NCBI GenBank assembly: GCA_965216785.1
Contig: OZ244197.1
Coordinates: 832,001-896,000, forward strand
From: Thermodesulfobacteriota bacterium
Lineage (GTDB): Bacteria > Desulfobacterota_D > UBA1144 > Nemesobacterales > UBA2774
Direction of reading: 5' to 3'
DNA: 64,000 nucleotides
The translations under genes and the position numbers were made by a program. Positions within the stretch are counted from its first letter, which is position 1; each line of letters begins with the position of its first letter. Below are positions 49,150 to 59,800 of this stretch, piece by piece. The notes under the pieces were generated by a model. That model was given only the letters and a program-made list of their open reading frames with translations, was not told where the DNA came from and ran no database searches.

Positions 49150-49323
49150 TTATCCATAATTCATACGTTTCCACTTAGTTATGTCTATTAATGTGCTCAC
49201 ATCTGTAATTGAATCGTGGAGCAGTGTATAGATCCCGAGGGTGTAGAAGCTGAAGAAAATGAGAATAAGAGAGCAAATCCCCAGGATTTGAAGTAGATAT
49301 TTAAATCTTTTAAGTTCGTTCAT
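49150..49323 (-). CDS. Putative 57-aa single-TM small protein
   Basis: GAGGT RBS; MNELKRFKYLLQILGICSLILIFFSFYTLGIYTLLH... Confidence 0.5.
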   Translation of the reverse strand: MNELKRFKYLLQILGICSLILIFFSFYTLGIYTLLHDSITDVSTLIDITKWKRMNYG

Positions 49324-49366
49324 TTCTTACCTCACTTTAAGTCGTATTAAATTTCCCCTTCAAATA

Positions 49367-49436
49367 ATGAACACCGTTTAATTTCATCATAGCACATAAT
49401 TGAACACTGTTCAAGAGGTAATTTAACAATGTTCAA
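49367..49436. promoter_or_regulatory. Three palindromic TetR-type operators
   Basis: TTGAACACTGTTCAA 49400-49414 (perfect palindrome), TTTAACAATGTTCAA 49422-49436, ATGAACACCGTTTAA 49367-49381. Confidence 0.8.
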
Positions 49437-49453
49437 AAAAATCAGTTATACTC

Positions 49454-50062
49454 ATGAATATGGGAAGAAGAAGCGATCATTCGCGTGATAAGATTAAACA
49501 AATGGCTATAGATGCAGGAAGGAATTTAATAGAAACTAAAGGGTTTTCAGGGCTTAGTGCAAGGAAGGTTGCAAAAGAAATAGGGTATACGGTGGGAACT
49601 CTATATAATGTATTCGATAATTTCACTGACCTAATCTGTCATATAAACTATGAAACATTGGATAGGCTAAAGACACATCTTGAAGAAAACTCCAAACCCG
49701 GCAAAAACAGAGTCGATGCGCTAAAACAGTTAGGAGAGTCATATGTTGAGTTTGCCAGAGATAATACTCACCTTTGGTCTGCTCTTTTTGAATTTCAGCA
49801 TCCAAAGGATTATCTATTACCAAAATGGTATTTAGATAAGGTCCGCAGCATTTTCGAACTGCCAGTAAAAATTATAGCCCCTATATTTAAAGGAGATATG
49901 AAAAAGGCAGAATACGAAACAAGGGTAGTATGGGGAGGAGTTCACGGTATATGCCTTCTAGGTATAAGCGATAGACTTGGTCTTGGCAGTGACGAATTGC
50001 TCAAATCAAAAGTAAATTCTCTTATCACTAATTATATGAGAGGAATGGGTGTTGAAGAATGA
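49454..50062 (+). CDS. TetR/AcrR-family regulator (WHG-type C-terminal domain)
   Basis: HTH SARKVAKEIGYTVGTLYNVF; VWGGVHG. Confidence 0.9.
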   Translation: MNMGRRSDHSRDKIKQMAIDAGRNLIETKGFSGLSARKVAKEIGYTVGTLYNVFDNFTDLICHINYETLDRLKTHLEENSKPGKNRVDALKQLGESYVEFARDNTHLWSALFEFQHPKDYLLPKWYLDKVRSIFELPVKIIAPIFKGDMKKAEYETRVVWGGVHGICLLGISDRLGLGSDELLKSKVNSLITNYMRGMGVEE

Positions 50063-50143
50063 ATTCAGCTAGATAATTCCTCTTTTATTCATGAGAGTTT
50101 TCTCACGCTAACAGCCTTATGTAATCTGACACGTGAGCACAGA

Positions 50144-52480
50144 TCATGGTTGCATATTGAGCTGTCTTCTTGGTGTAGTTGGTGTATCATAAAAACTTCT
50201 AAGTAGAAGTGGAAGCATTACTAAATCACCAATTAAGATTGCTATAACTGAAAATGTGATTAATAATCCAAAGTAAAACACAGTTTTTATACTAGCAAGA
50301 AGTAGTATTGAAAAGCCTAAAAACAATATTATACTGCTAATTACAATAATTCTGCCTACCTGGTAATTAGCTTTTCTAAGGGCGGTAAATAAGTCCACAC
50401 TACGATTTCGCTCTCTTAGATATCTATTCATATAATGTATAGTATCATCAATAGATATACCGAGTACAATTGCGGCAATAGTAGAAGTAGTCAAATCCAA
50501 ATTGATTTGAGAAAATCCCAAAAACCCAAGAAAAAGTACAATCGGAAATATATTTGGGAGTATGGCAATGAAAGCTAGTTTAAAGCTTCTCAACATGAAC
50601 AGCATAGTGATAAAAATGAAAAAAAATGCTACAAATAGGCTTTTTTTCATTGATCCGAAAGCATAATCCATAACTTTAATAAATAAGGCTGGATAACCTG
50701 GGATGGTTAGATCAGCTATATCTTGGAAGTATTTGGTGCCTAACTCGCTAATATTGTTGAGATTCTTTTCAAGTTGCTTGATACTCATAGTAGATCCAAT
50801 TAACACATTGATCCTTGCTTTAGTAAAATTTTTGTTTATGAAACTACCAGAATCTTCGCTCTCGGTTATAGACTGAGGCAAACTTCTAATAAATGGATCT
50901 GATAAATACGGGTCGTAAAGGGTTTCAAGCAATTCCTTATTGTAAAGTACGTTCGAATATCTTTGTAAAAAGTGAACATAGCTAAATGTGCTTTTTATCT
51001 CTTGCATATCCGTTAATTCTTGTTCAAAATCATGGATGGCTTTGATCAATTTAGGATCTTTCAGGTTTTGGTTCTCTTTAGTTAACACCATGAGGTCTAT
51101 AGGGTAAGCATCGCCACCCCAATTCTCACTTATAAATTTGTGGTCTTTCATGACTTTAGAATCTGCAGAAAAGTAACCCATGGGATTCATATCAATATTG
51201 ATCTGTGTTATTCCATAGGCAGAAATAAACAGTATTAATAATAAAAATGCCCAATAAGCTTTTTGATGTTTAAAAATTTGAGCTAGAAATTGTACTAGGC
51301 TATTTGCTATGTAGGTTTTAGGATTGAACTTTAAGGATGATAGTTTTATAAAGTTCAATAATAATGCACTATATATAAATGCACATATAAGCGCTATTAA
51401 GGTACCAACCGCAGCAAAAACTCCGAATTCCTTTATAACAGATGTCGATGAAGTGAGTAGGGATAAAAATCCTATCATAGTAGTTAGGGTAGTGTACAAA
51501 CAGGGTTTATAGATGTTTATAAGTGCTTGTATAATAGTCTCAGATTTTTTCATTTCTGTTTTTTGATTTTGATACAATAGCTCGAATTCATTGACTATGT
51601 GCAAAACAATAATAAAACCTAAAACGATTATTAATGTAGGAATAATCATAGTAAAAATGTTCAACCTATAACCCAGATATCCATAAATTGAAAGGGTAAT
51701 AATCGTAGAAGTAATCGTTGTTGCAAAAACCAATAATAAATAGAGCACTCTAGGAAAGAACAAAAGAGTAAGCAGGAAGGTCAATAAGTATGTTAAACCT
51801 AAAAATAGAGCAACATCATGTCGTGTTAACTTGTTTAGGTTATATGTCACTATGTCCATACCACCCAAATGAACGTTTTCAGCACCTAAAATATTTATGG
51901 ACACTTGATGAATTTTTTCCACAATATTGTTTCTTTTATCGTCAATGTCCTCTAGTGGATCAAGTTCGATTATTATCATACTAGCCTTACCATCATTATT
52001 GATAAAACGATTTATTAGCAAAGGGGATGATAGAATTGATTTTTTATACTCTGACAATGTTTCTTCTAATATAGGAATGCCATTTTCAAAATAAGAAGTA
52101 AATTCAATCTTGTAAGCACCATCTTCTTTAATTCTCCTTACATCCTTAACATTAGTAATTGACCAAACTTTTTTAATACCTTCAGTGACTTGAAGTTTCT
52201 CAGTTAACGACTTTATTTTATGTAGAGTAGTTGGTTCTATTACTCCAGGACTTTCAACAATTAAAAGAAATATCATCCGGTCGTTACCGAATTCATTTGT
52301 GAATTCGTTGTATAATTTTAGTGATGGGTCATCATCAGCAAACCAAATATTGATTTCACTATTTGGAGATAAAGCATGTTCTAGATACTTTGCACCAAAT
52401 AAAGCTATAACTATTAATATGATTAGAATTACTAACCTAAACTTATAGAAATAGTAAAAGAATCTTTGTACTCTGTGCAT
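50144..52480 (-). CDS. MMPL/RND-family lipid exporter
   Basis: Two repeats of TM + periplasmic domain + 5 TM; LTTMIGFLSL; GISIDDTIH. Confidence 0.85.
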   Translation of the reverse strand: MHRVQRFFYYFYKFRLVILIILIVIALFGAKYLEHALSPNSEINIWFADDDPSLKLYNEFTNEFGNDRMIFLLIVESPGVIEPTTLHKIKSLTEKLQVTEGIKKVWSITNVKDVRRIKEDGAYKIEFTSYFENGIPILEETLSEYKKSILSSPLLINRFINNDGKASMIIIELDPLEDIDDKRNNIVEKIHQVSINILGAENVHLGGMDIVTYNLNKLTRHDVALFLGLTYLLTFLLTLLFFPRVLYLLLVFATTITSTIITLSIYGYLGYRLNIFTMIIPTLIIVLGFIIVLHIVNEFELLYQNQKTEMKKSETIIQALINIYKPCLYTTLTTMIGFLSLLTSSTSVIKEFGVFAAVGTLIALICAFIYSALLLNFIKLSSLKFNPKTYIANSLVQFLAQIFKHQKAYWAFLLLILFISAYGITQINIDMNPMGYFSADSKVMKDHKFISENWGGDAYPIDLMVLTKENQNLKDPKLIKAIHDFEQELTDMQEIKSTFSYVHFLQRYSNVLYNKELLETLYDPYLSDPFIRSLPQSITESEDSGSFINKNFTKARINVLIGSTMSIKQLEKNLNNISELGTKYFQDIADLTIPGYPALFIKVMDYAFGSMKKSLFVAFFFIFITMLFMLRSFKLAFIAILPNIFPIVLFLGFLGFSQINLDLTTSTIAAIVLGISIDDTIHYMNRYLRERNRSVDLFTALRKANYQVGRIIVISSIILFLGFSILLLASIKTVFYFGLLITFSVIAILIGDLVMLPLLLRSFYDTPTTPRRQLNMQP

Positions 52481-52518
52481 CTTTATACTATTCTCTCCCC
52501 ATTAGAACTAGTTCCTGT

Positions 52519-53733
52519 TCATGAAGTGAAACCAAATCTTTCGCTATATTCCGTAAAGTGTTTGGCTATTGTAGAGTCCGTTAATCCAAAATCGGCTGAA
52601 CTATAATCTTGCTTTCCAAATCTATCCTTAGGGTTTTCGATCAAATATGATTGCAAACGCTTCTCAAAACTATCTGACCAAATTAATCCGAAATGATTAT
52701 ATATACCTCTTACTGTGTCTATTGGGTCAGATATTAACTGGTCGTATTGCACGTCATAAATTTTGTTTGGATTAGTAGCACGCACATTAAGACTTATGTT
52801 CGCCCATTTTTTAAGACCTAAAATATTTGTCTCTGCCATTTTTTTGATGTTTAAATCATCTGATACAATTGCATGATTGGAATATATTAGTGTATTTAAA
52901 CTATTACAGACTTTAACCGGGTGACGGTGCGTCTGGATTAACAAAGCTTCAGGTATAGCCTGTAACAGGGTCGGAATTGAACCTGTGTGTGAAGGAGCTT
53001 TAAGTATTAAACGACGTTTTGGATCGACTGATTGTAGTATATGCAGTAGTGAGCGATATTCTTGATATGCTTTAATGTGATCATGTGAATTGAACCAGCT
53101 TGCGTAGCTATATACTGGTGCAATAGTCCAAAAAAAAATACTCGCAAATGTGCTTCCCTGGAGCAATATACATTCTTCGGGAGTATCGGCTCGTGAATAA
53201 TGCAAACGATCAATTTTGGGAGTCAGTTTTAATCTCATCTTTACATCGTTTTCACAAAGTTTTATACGACGATCAGGTTTGCTTAATGGCAATGGTCGCA
53301 ACAATTCCCACATAGGAACTCCACGATGTACTGGATCAAGAGCTAACATGCGATGAAGAAGAGTAGTACCAGTTCTCGGTAAACCTATAATTATGATTGG
53401 TGGTATTAATGGGAGCTGAAACAAAGACGCATTGCATTTTTGAGTCTCTATGAACAATAGCCTATTTGAAAGAAAAAGTTTAATTATTGCATGTACATAT
53501 ATTTGTCCAATAAAGTGAAGATTTACATCCGTTTTGAGGGAATCAAGTAAATATTGTAAACCCTCCCTAAAATATGTATCACCAAAATCCTTCAAACCTG
53601 TATGTCTTCTGGCTGAGTCATATAAAACGTCTTCTTCAAAACGTAAAAACGGCAACTTACCTGCCATCAAATAGCTAGATATTTTGTTCAAGAGACGGTA
53701 ATGCCAAGCCAAACTTGATCGTGAATTTAACAT
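52519..53733 (-). CDS. PAPS-dependent sulfotransferase (Sulfotransfer_3-like)
   Basis: 5'-PSB loop GLPRTGTT; LKAPSH; 3'-PB motif THRHP..S. Confidence 0.88.
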   Translation of the reverse strand: MLNSRSSLAWHYRLLNKISSYLMAGKLPFLRFEEDVLYDSARRHTGLKDFGDTYFREGLQYLLDSLKTDVNLHFIGQIYVHAIIKLFLSNRLLFIETQKCNASLFQLPLIPPIIIIGLPRTGTTLLHRMLALDPVHRGVPMWELLRPLPLSKPDRRIKLCENDVKMRLKLTPKIDRLHYSRADTPEECILLQGSTFASIFFWTIAPVYSYASWFNSHDHIKAYQEYRSLLHILQSVDPKRRLILKAPSHTGSIPTLLQAIPEALLIQTHRHPVKVCNSLNTLIYSNHAIVSDDLNIKKMAETNILGLKKWANISLNVRATNPNKIYDVQYDQLISDPIDTVRGIYNHFGLIWSDSFEKRLQSYLIENPKDRFGKQDYSSADFGLTDSTIAKHFTEYSERFGFTS

Positions 53734-53853
53734 TTAGCTAACTCAAATTTAATGTATTGTTCCTTATAGATTTAACTCCATACTAGATTCAACTTAGTTC
53801 CATACAATCTTATAATATGTAGGATACGAATGCTCAAATTAAATGTTATTGGA

Positions 53854-56800
53854 TCAAGTTGTGTTAGTATTGTTGCTGAAATTTTGTTTAAGTTGGTTAA
53901 TAGTTGATTTGCGTATTTCAGCCATATTCATTTTTAAATTGAAACCATATTCCAGTGCAATCAATATTTCAACAGTCATAAGTGAGTCCATACCTAATTC
54001 GAATAATGGAGTATCCATATCAACCTGACTTTCATTTTGAAATCCAAAAATATGTAGTATTACATTTACTAAGTCTGTAGAAGTCTTTTTAGAGTTGTTA
54101 GCAAATTCTTTGTGACGGTGAAGGTCTAATGTAAAACTTGTTACAACTGTTTCGTCTTGACTTAGTAATATGTCAAGATTTTCAATACAGGAATGTATAC
54201 TCTGCAAACCGAGCAAAGTATTGGAAAGATTTACATAAGCATTTTTCTGAATGAAACCTACATCACCAATAGGTCCCCACTGTATTGAGATTGCAGGTAG
54301 ACCATTTCTCTTCCTTTGTTCACATAATCTATCCATAGCTGCATTGGCAAATGCATAGTTAGTTTGCCCTTCATTACCTTCGGTGGCTACTATTGATGAA
54401 AAGCAAACGAATTGATCAAGTTTTTTACAATACTCCGAGCTGACTTTACTAAGATTTTCAGCTCCATTCAATTTCACTGAACAGACTTTTTCAAAGGTGT
54501 GTTTATCCTGATTGAGAAATAGTGCATCGGACATGACCATCGCTAAATGAAATATCCCACCAATTGGCGCAATTTTTTCACATTGCTTAATAAGATGCAA
54601 AGTTGATCTATAATTTGTTACATTTCTTTTACTTATCGTTACATTAGCTCCGAGATTTTGCATTTTATCTATTTTTGAGGCCTGGTATCCATTTTTGATA
54701 CCTCTTCTACTTGTTAAAACAAGATTTTTAGCACCTCGAAGAACTAACCAGTATGCTAATTCAAGCCCGAACCCACCTAGTCCACCAGTTATTATATATA
54801 TCTTCTTCGAGTCACATGAGAATTTTGGTTTAGCGAGTACCTTGATTTTGTCTCTATTATTCTCATCTCGAATGCGAATGAGTACTTTCCCAATATGCTT
54901 TGCTCTAGCCATATACCGAAAGGCATCTTCTACCTCATCATAATCAAAAATAGTTCTATCTAATGGTTTTATTACTCCACTTTTAATACCTTTATCGAAC
55001 AGTTGTAACAGTCTTTTTGTTTCATCAGGATTGTGCAAGATAGTACTACTCAGATCTACTCCATGGATGCTTATATCTTTCAAAAATATAGACATGCCCA
55101 AGGGGGTATCCTGAATCCTATCAAATTTCCCAATTTCCACAAAATGCCCATTCATAGCAAGAACTCTCAGACTTGCAAGCATAAGCTCACCTGATAGTGA
55201 GTTAAGAACAATATCAACTCCATGACCATTTGTTTGTTGAAAAACCAACTTTTCAAATGATGTATCTCTACTATAACCTATATGATCATCGTCTATTTGA
55301 GGGAATTTTTTCTTGATATATTTCCTTTTTTCTTCGCTACCAACTGTTGTAAATACTTCACATTGCATTGATAGAGCTAGATTGATTGCGGCAATACCAA
55401 TACCACCTGACCCAGAATGGATTAGTACTTTTTGACCTTGTTTCATACCAGCCCTTATGATAAGTCCCAGATATACAGTAAGATAGACAAGTGGAACAGT
55501 TGCTGCTTCTTCCAAAGTCCAGGATTCTGGGACCTTCCAGGCCCGGTCCACCTTTCGTTGCAATATAACTTTTGTTGAAAGCGCTTTTACGGCAATACCC
55601 ATTACACGTTGACCATCACGATTTCGTATACCGGAGAATTCCATTCCTGGACAATCATGATATGTTCCACCTGACTCTGCTGGCAATTTTCCAGAAGCAA
55701 GCATAATGTCTTTAAAATTCAATGCGCAGTAGTTAACATCATAAACATCAGATTCATGACATAGATCTGGAGCACTTATCCATCTCATACTTGAAAAATC
55801 ACCTTTTGTCATGACCTGCATGTAGGCGCTATCGGTCTCGACCATATCTGTTTCGGGTAACTCCCTATATTGGTATGATCCCCATATACCGTTTTTGAAT
55901 ACATTTGTGGCTAAATCATGTTTTAGAACCTTGGATATCTGTCTTTTACTAACTTTATTAGAATCATCTACGAACAGACACCGAACCCTATCTCCGTTGG
56001 GTTCCTTGCGAAGACTTCTTACTAATCCGGTCAAACCAGGTGCAGAAGCTGAATTACCCATTAACCACAAACGTTTGTTTGTATTATCATTAAGAGCATT
56101 ATAATAATCTTGACATGTTTTTAAGTCATCTTTATTAAACTGCAATCTCTGATGGATAGATTTTTTATTATATGTTTTACGACAAAGGATCATTTTTTGT
56201 TTATAAGTCTCTTTAATAGCTACTATATCAAAACCGCTATCTTGTAGTAGATTGTTCCAATTTTCTTGAGATAAATTTAAACCCACATCCTGTCCATCAA
56301 CATCCCAGTAATTCCAGAATTTTTTTCGTAAGCCCCAAGTACAAAGAATTGATGCTAGATTGGCATTTTCAATATTTAACAAAAGAAAACCGCCATCTTT
56401 AAGACTCTTTCTAATATTTTGTAATGCTTGCATTAGTTCACTATTAGTGTTAAATGTTTGTCCGGTTATTACTAGATCATAAGTCTTTTCATGGTGAGTT
56501 CTTGTGAAATCCCAAATCTGATAATCCGTTACCATTGAAAAATTACTAAGTTCATTTTTTATCCTATCAAAGTAGGAATCATCAAAATCTGTGATTACAT
56601 AACGATCATTAATAGATCTAAGATTAGTTAAAACCTTCCGGCTAAATAAACCTGTTACTGGACCTACTTCACAAATATGAATAGAATTTTGAGAATTGAG
56701 ATTTTCTTGAACTATGTTCAGCATCTCACGAATAAAATAATCACTATGAAATAAAGTGTCTGCTAAATCTCGATTGTACAGATCATCATATTCCTCAAAT

Positions 56801-59800
56801 CCAGCAATATGCTTTTCTGTATTTCTAATTAATTTTTCAGGCTTTTTGTACAAATATTTGATAAATCTAAGATTTACACTATTAGGGTGCTTTAAGTATT
56901 TATTAAGACTTTTTTTATTCGGGATTTTCTTATCATAACCTCTTAGCATATCCTTTATTCTCAAAAAATGTGAAGGTATATCTTTGTCACAAGTTTTAAG
57001 GTGTCTGTAAAAATGTAAGAATTGAGTTATAGCATAAGAATTTTCAATCTCATTATATACCTCGATGTTACGTCCTTCCCGCAATTTTTCGTAATATGGC
57101 GAGAAGTGCATTGAGGCTAAAATTGGTGGTTTCTCAATTCTCTCGGAAAGTGAAAGACCTACAAAACCTTCCATAACAAATGAAGAACAATATTTTGTAA
57201 AAAGATGTTGGTCGAAATGAATTTCAACAAACGACTCGTTGTAATTATGTTTTAGTGGATCAATGGTTACGCGTCTATAATAGGTAGGTAAAACAGTAGA
57301 TCGATTATTCACAAGAAGTATGTTTGTTTGTGCCATACTGTCGAGAAATGTAATCCAATTTCCATCCCATTTTACTTTTGCCCAATTGCCGTTTGTTGAG
57401 GATTCAGATATTACTTGAAACTTTGGACCATAGTCATAGCCACGTAATCTAAATTCTTGATAGATATCATCTTTAGAAAGTATGATTTCATATTCATTTC
57501 TGTACTTTTGCTCAACAGTATCAGGCCATCGAATGTCATCTCCAATTTTTAATTTCCCACTCGCCAGCAAAGTGTCTTTTTCTTTAACCTCAAACATCTG
57601 GCTTTCTTTAAGATAACTAACATTGAATTCAAATTTCTCGTCACTACGAATCATTGATGCTCTATGTAGTTTTACATCTTCAAACTGTACAGGAAGTGTT
57701 TCTTGAGGAACCTGTAGATTAAGAGATGCGGCTTTCCAAGTTAAATATAAATATCCCACGGCCGGGAAAACTATTTTTCCATTTAGTCTATGATCACTCA
57801 AAAAATTGTACTCTTCTTCCTTTACATCTATATCAAATGTAAATTGCACCCGTTCTTCAGCAATCTTCGGGACAGGCCATGTTTTGTGATGATCCCATGC
57901 CATTAGATTTGGTATTCTAGGCAGACTTTTAAAAGATGGTTTGTTATTGACAAGATTTTCATAATTCATATCAAGCCCTGACACATAACAATGACTAAGT
58001 CCATCAAATAGGTTAACAATGTTGTTTGAATTCCGCTGCATAAAACTAATGTGAGTGATATTATTTAAACTCTCAATTAGTATCCCTCGAAATAAGGCAT
58101 GAGCGCCGATCTCAATTACAATAGATCCATTTGGTATGTATTTTATTCCTTCGTGAAAATATACGGGATTAAGCAAGTTATTTTTGAAGTAGTTAGCAGA
58201 ACAATACCTAGCACGGTGCCATTCACGTTCAGGACGAGAAGTGCAAATCCATCGCTTACTGCGTTCTAGAGGTTTTGGTATGATTTCACCGAGTTTAGAA
58301 TGAAACTTTTCTGCTGCTGGACTAACCATATGAGAATGGAAAGCTTTTCTTGTTGATCTTATTACTTTGGCCTCTATATTCTTTGTTTCTAATTTCTTCA
58401 CAAACCTGGAAATTGCTTTTTTCTCTCCTGATACAGTTACATTGTTTTCACCATTATGACATGCTACAACTACATCTTTTGGGCATATTTTTTCAGTTTC
58501 GAATAAATTTAGACCTACATATGCCATGGCCCCTGCTTTAACTTTGGTTTCAAGCATAGACCTTCCACGCCAGTAACTAACTCGCATTGCTTGTTCCCGG
58601 GTCAATTTTCCATCTGCATAGGCACATGCTATCTCTCCTACACTGTGTCCTATTAAAAAGTCTGGTTTTAGTCCGGCTAAATTTAAAATATCAACTAGAG
58701 CAATTTGAATCGCCGTCAAACAAGGAAATGTATTCACTGTATTTTCAAATGCTCTTTCGTCACAATCCGATAAAAGTTCTATTAAATTTAACTCTGTATG
58801 CTCAAGAGCATTGTTGCATAGATTAATTGATCGCCTGAATACTGGCACATTAATTAAGTCTGAAGCCATACCTGTCCATTGCGCACCTATACCATTAAAT
58901 ACATAACAAAGGCTTGGCTTCTTTAATGGCGTTTTACCTCTAATAATTCTGCACTGGTTGTTTTCTGTTCTATAAATTACTGCTCGATTGTTCATTTTAT
59001 TCAATTGAGTAGAAGCTAGGGGTTGTAAAAATGACGCTATATCATTGCGGCATCTAATATTCTCTAGATATTCTAAAAATGTGTCAAGCCCATCCTCAGT
59101 CCGAAAGGAGCAGGGGGCGATTGAATATCCTTGTGTTAATTCTGGGATTTCTTTATGAGATTTAGCCTGCCCTTCTAGAACAAGATGAGCGTTTGCACCA
59201 CCAAACCCAAATGAACTGATTCCTACCAGTCCACCCTTCCATGGAGTTCTTTCTAAAACCACTTTTAATCTGCCCTCTAAAATTCCTTTCATTTCAGGGT
59301 TTGGCTCTGAAAAGTTGATATTTGGTGGGATTTCTCCATGATACATGGCAAGTAGTATCTTTAATACACTGGCGAGGCCCGCAGCACCTTCCGTGTGTCC
59401 AATATTCGATTTTACAGAACCAATAAGTAAAGGATTCTTTTTATTTCGATTTTGACCTAAAACTTCATCTATAGCAGCTACTTCTTGAGGATCTCCTGCT
59501 GGTGTACCTGTTCCATGAGCCTCATAATATTTTATTTTGGTAGTATCAATACCAATGTCATTATATGCTTTGCGAAGGAGAGACACTTGAGCTTGTTTGT
59601 TAGGAAAAGTTACACCTTCTCTATTGTAGCCATCGTTGTTTGTCACACAATTGAGTATGCGAGAATAATTTCTTCGTGCTAAATGTTCACGTGTTATTAA
59701 AGTAGCTACAATTCCATCTGATCGCACATAACCGTCTGCAGATTTATCAAATACTTTGCTCTCACCTTCTGGTGAAAGCATCTGAAATTTCGTCATCGAA

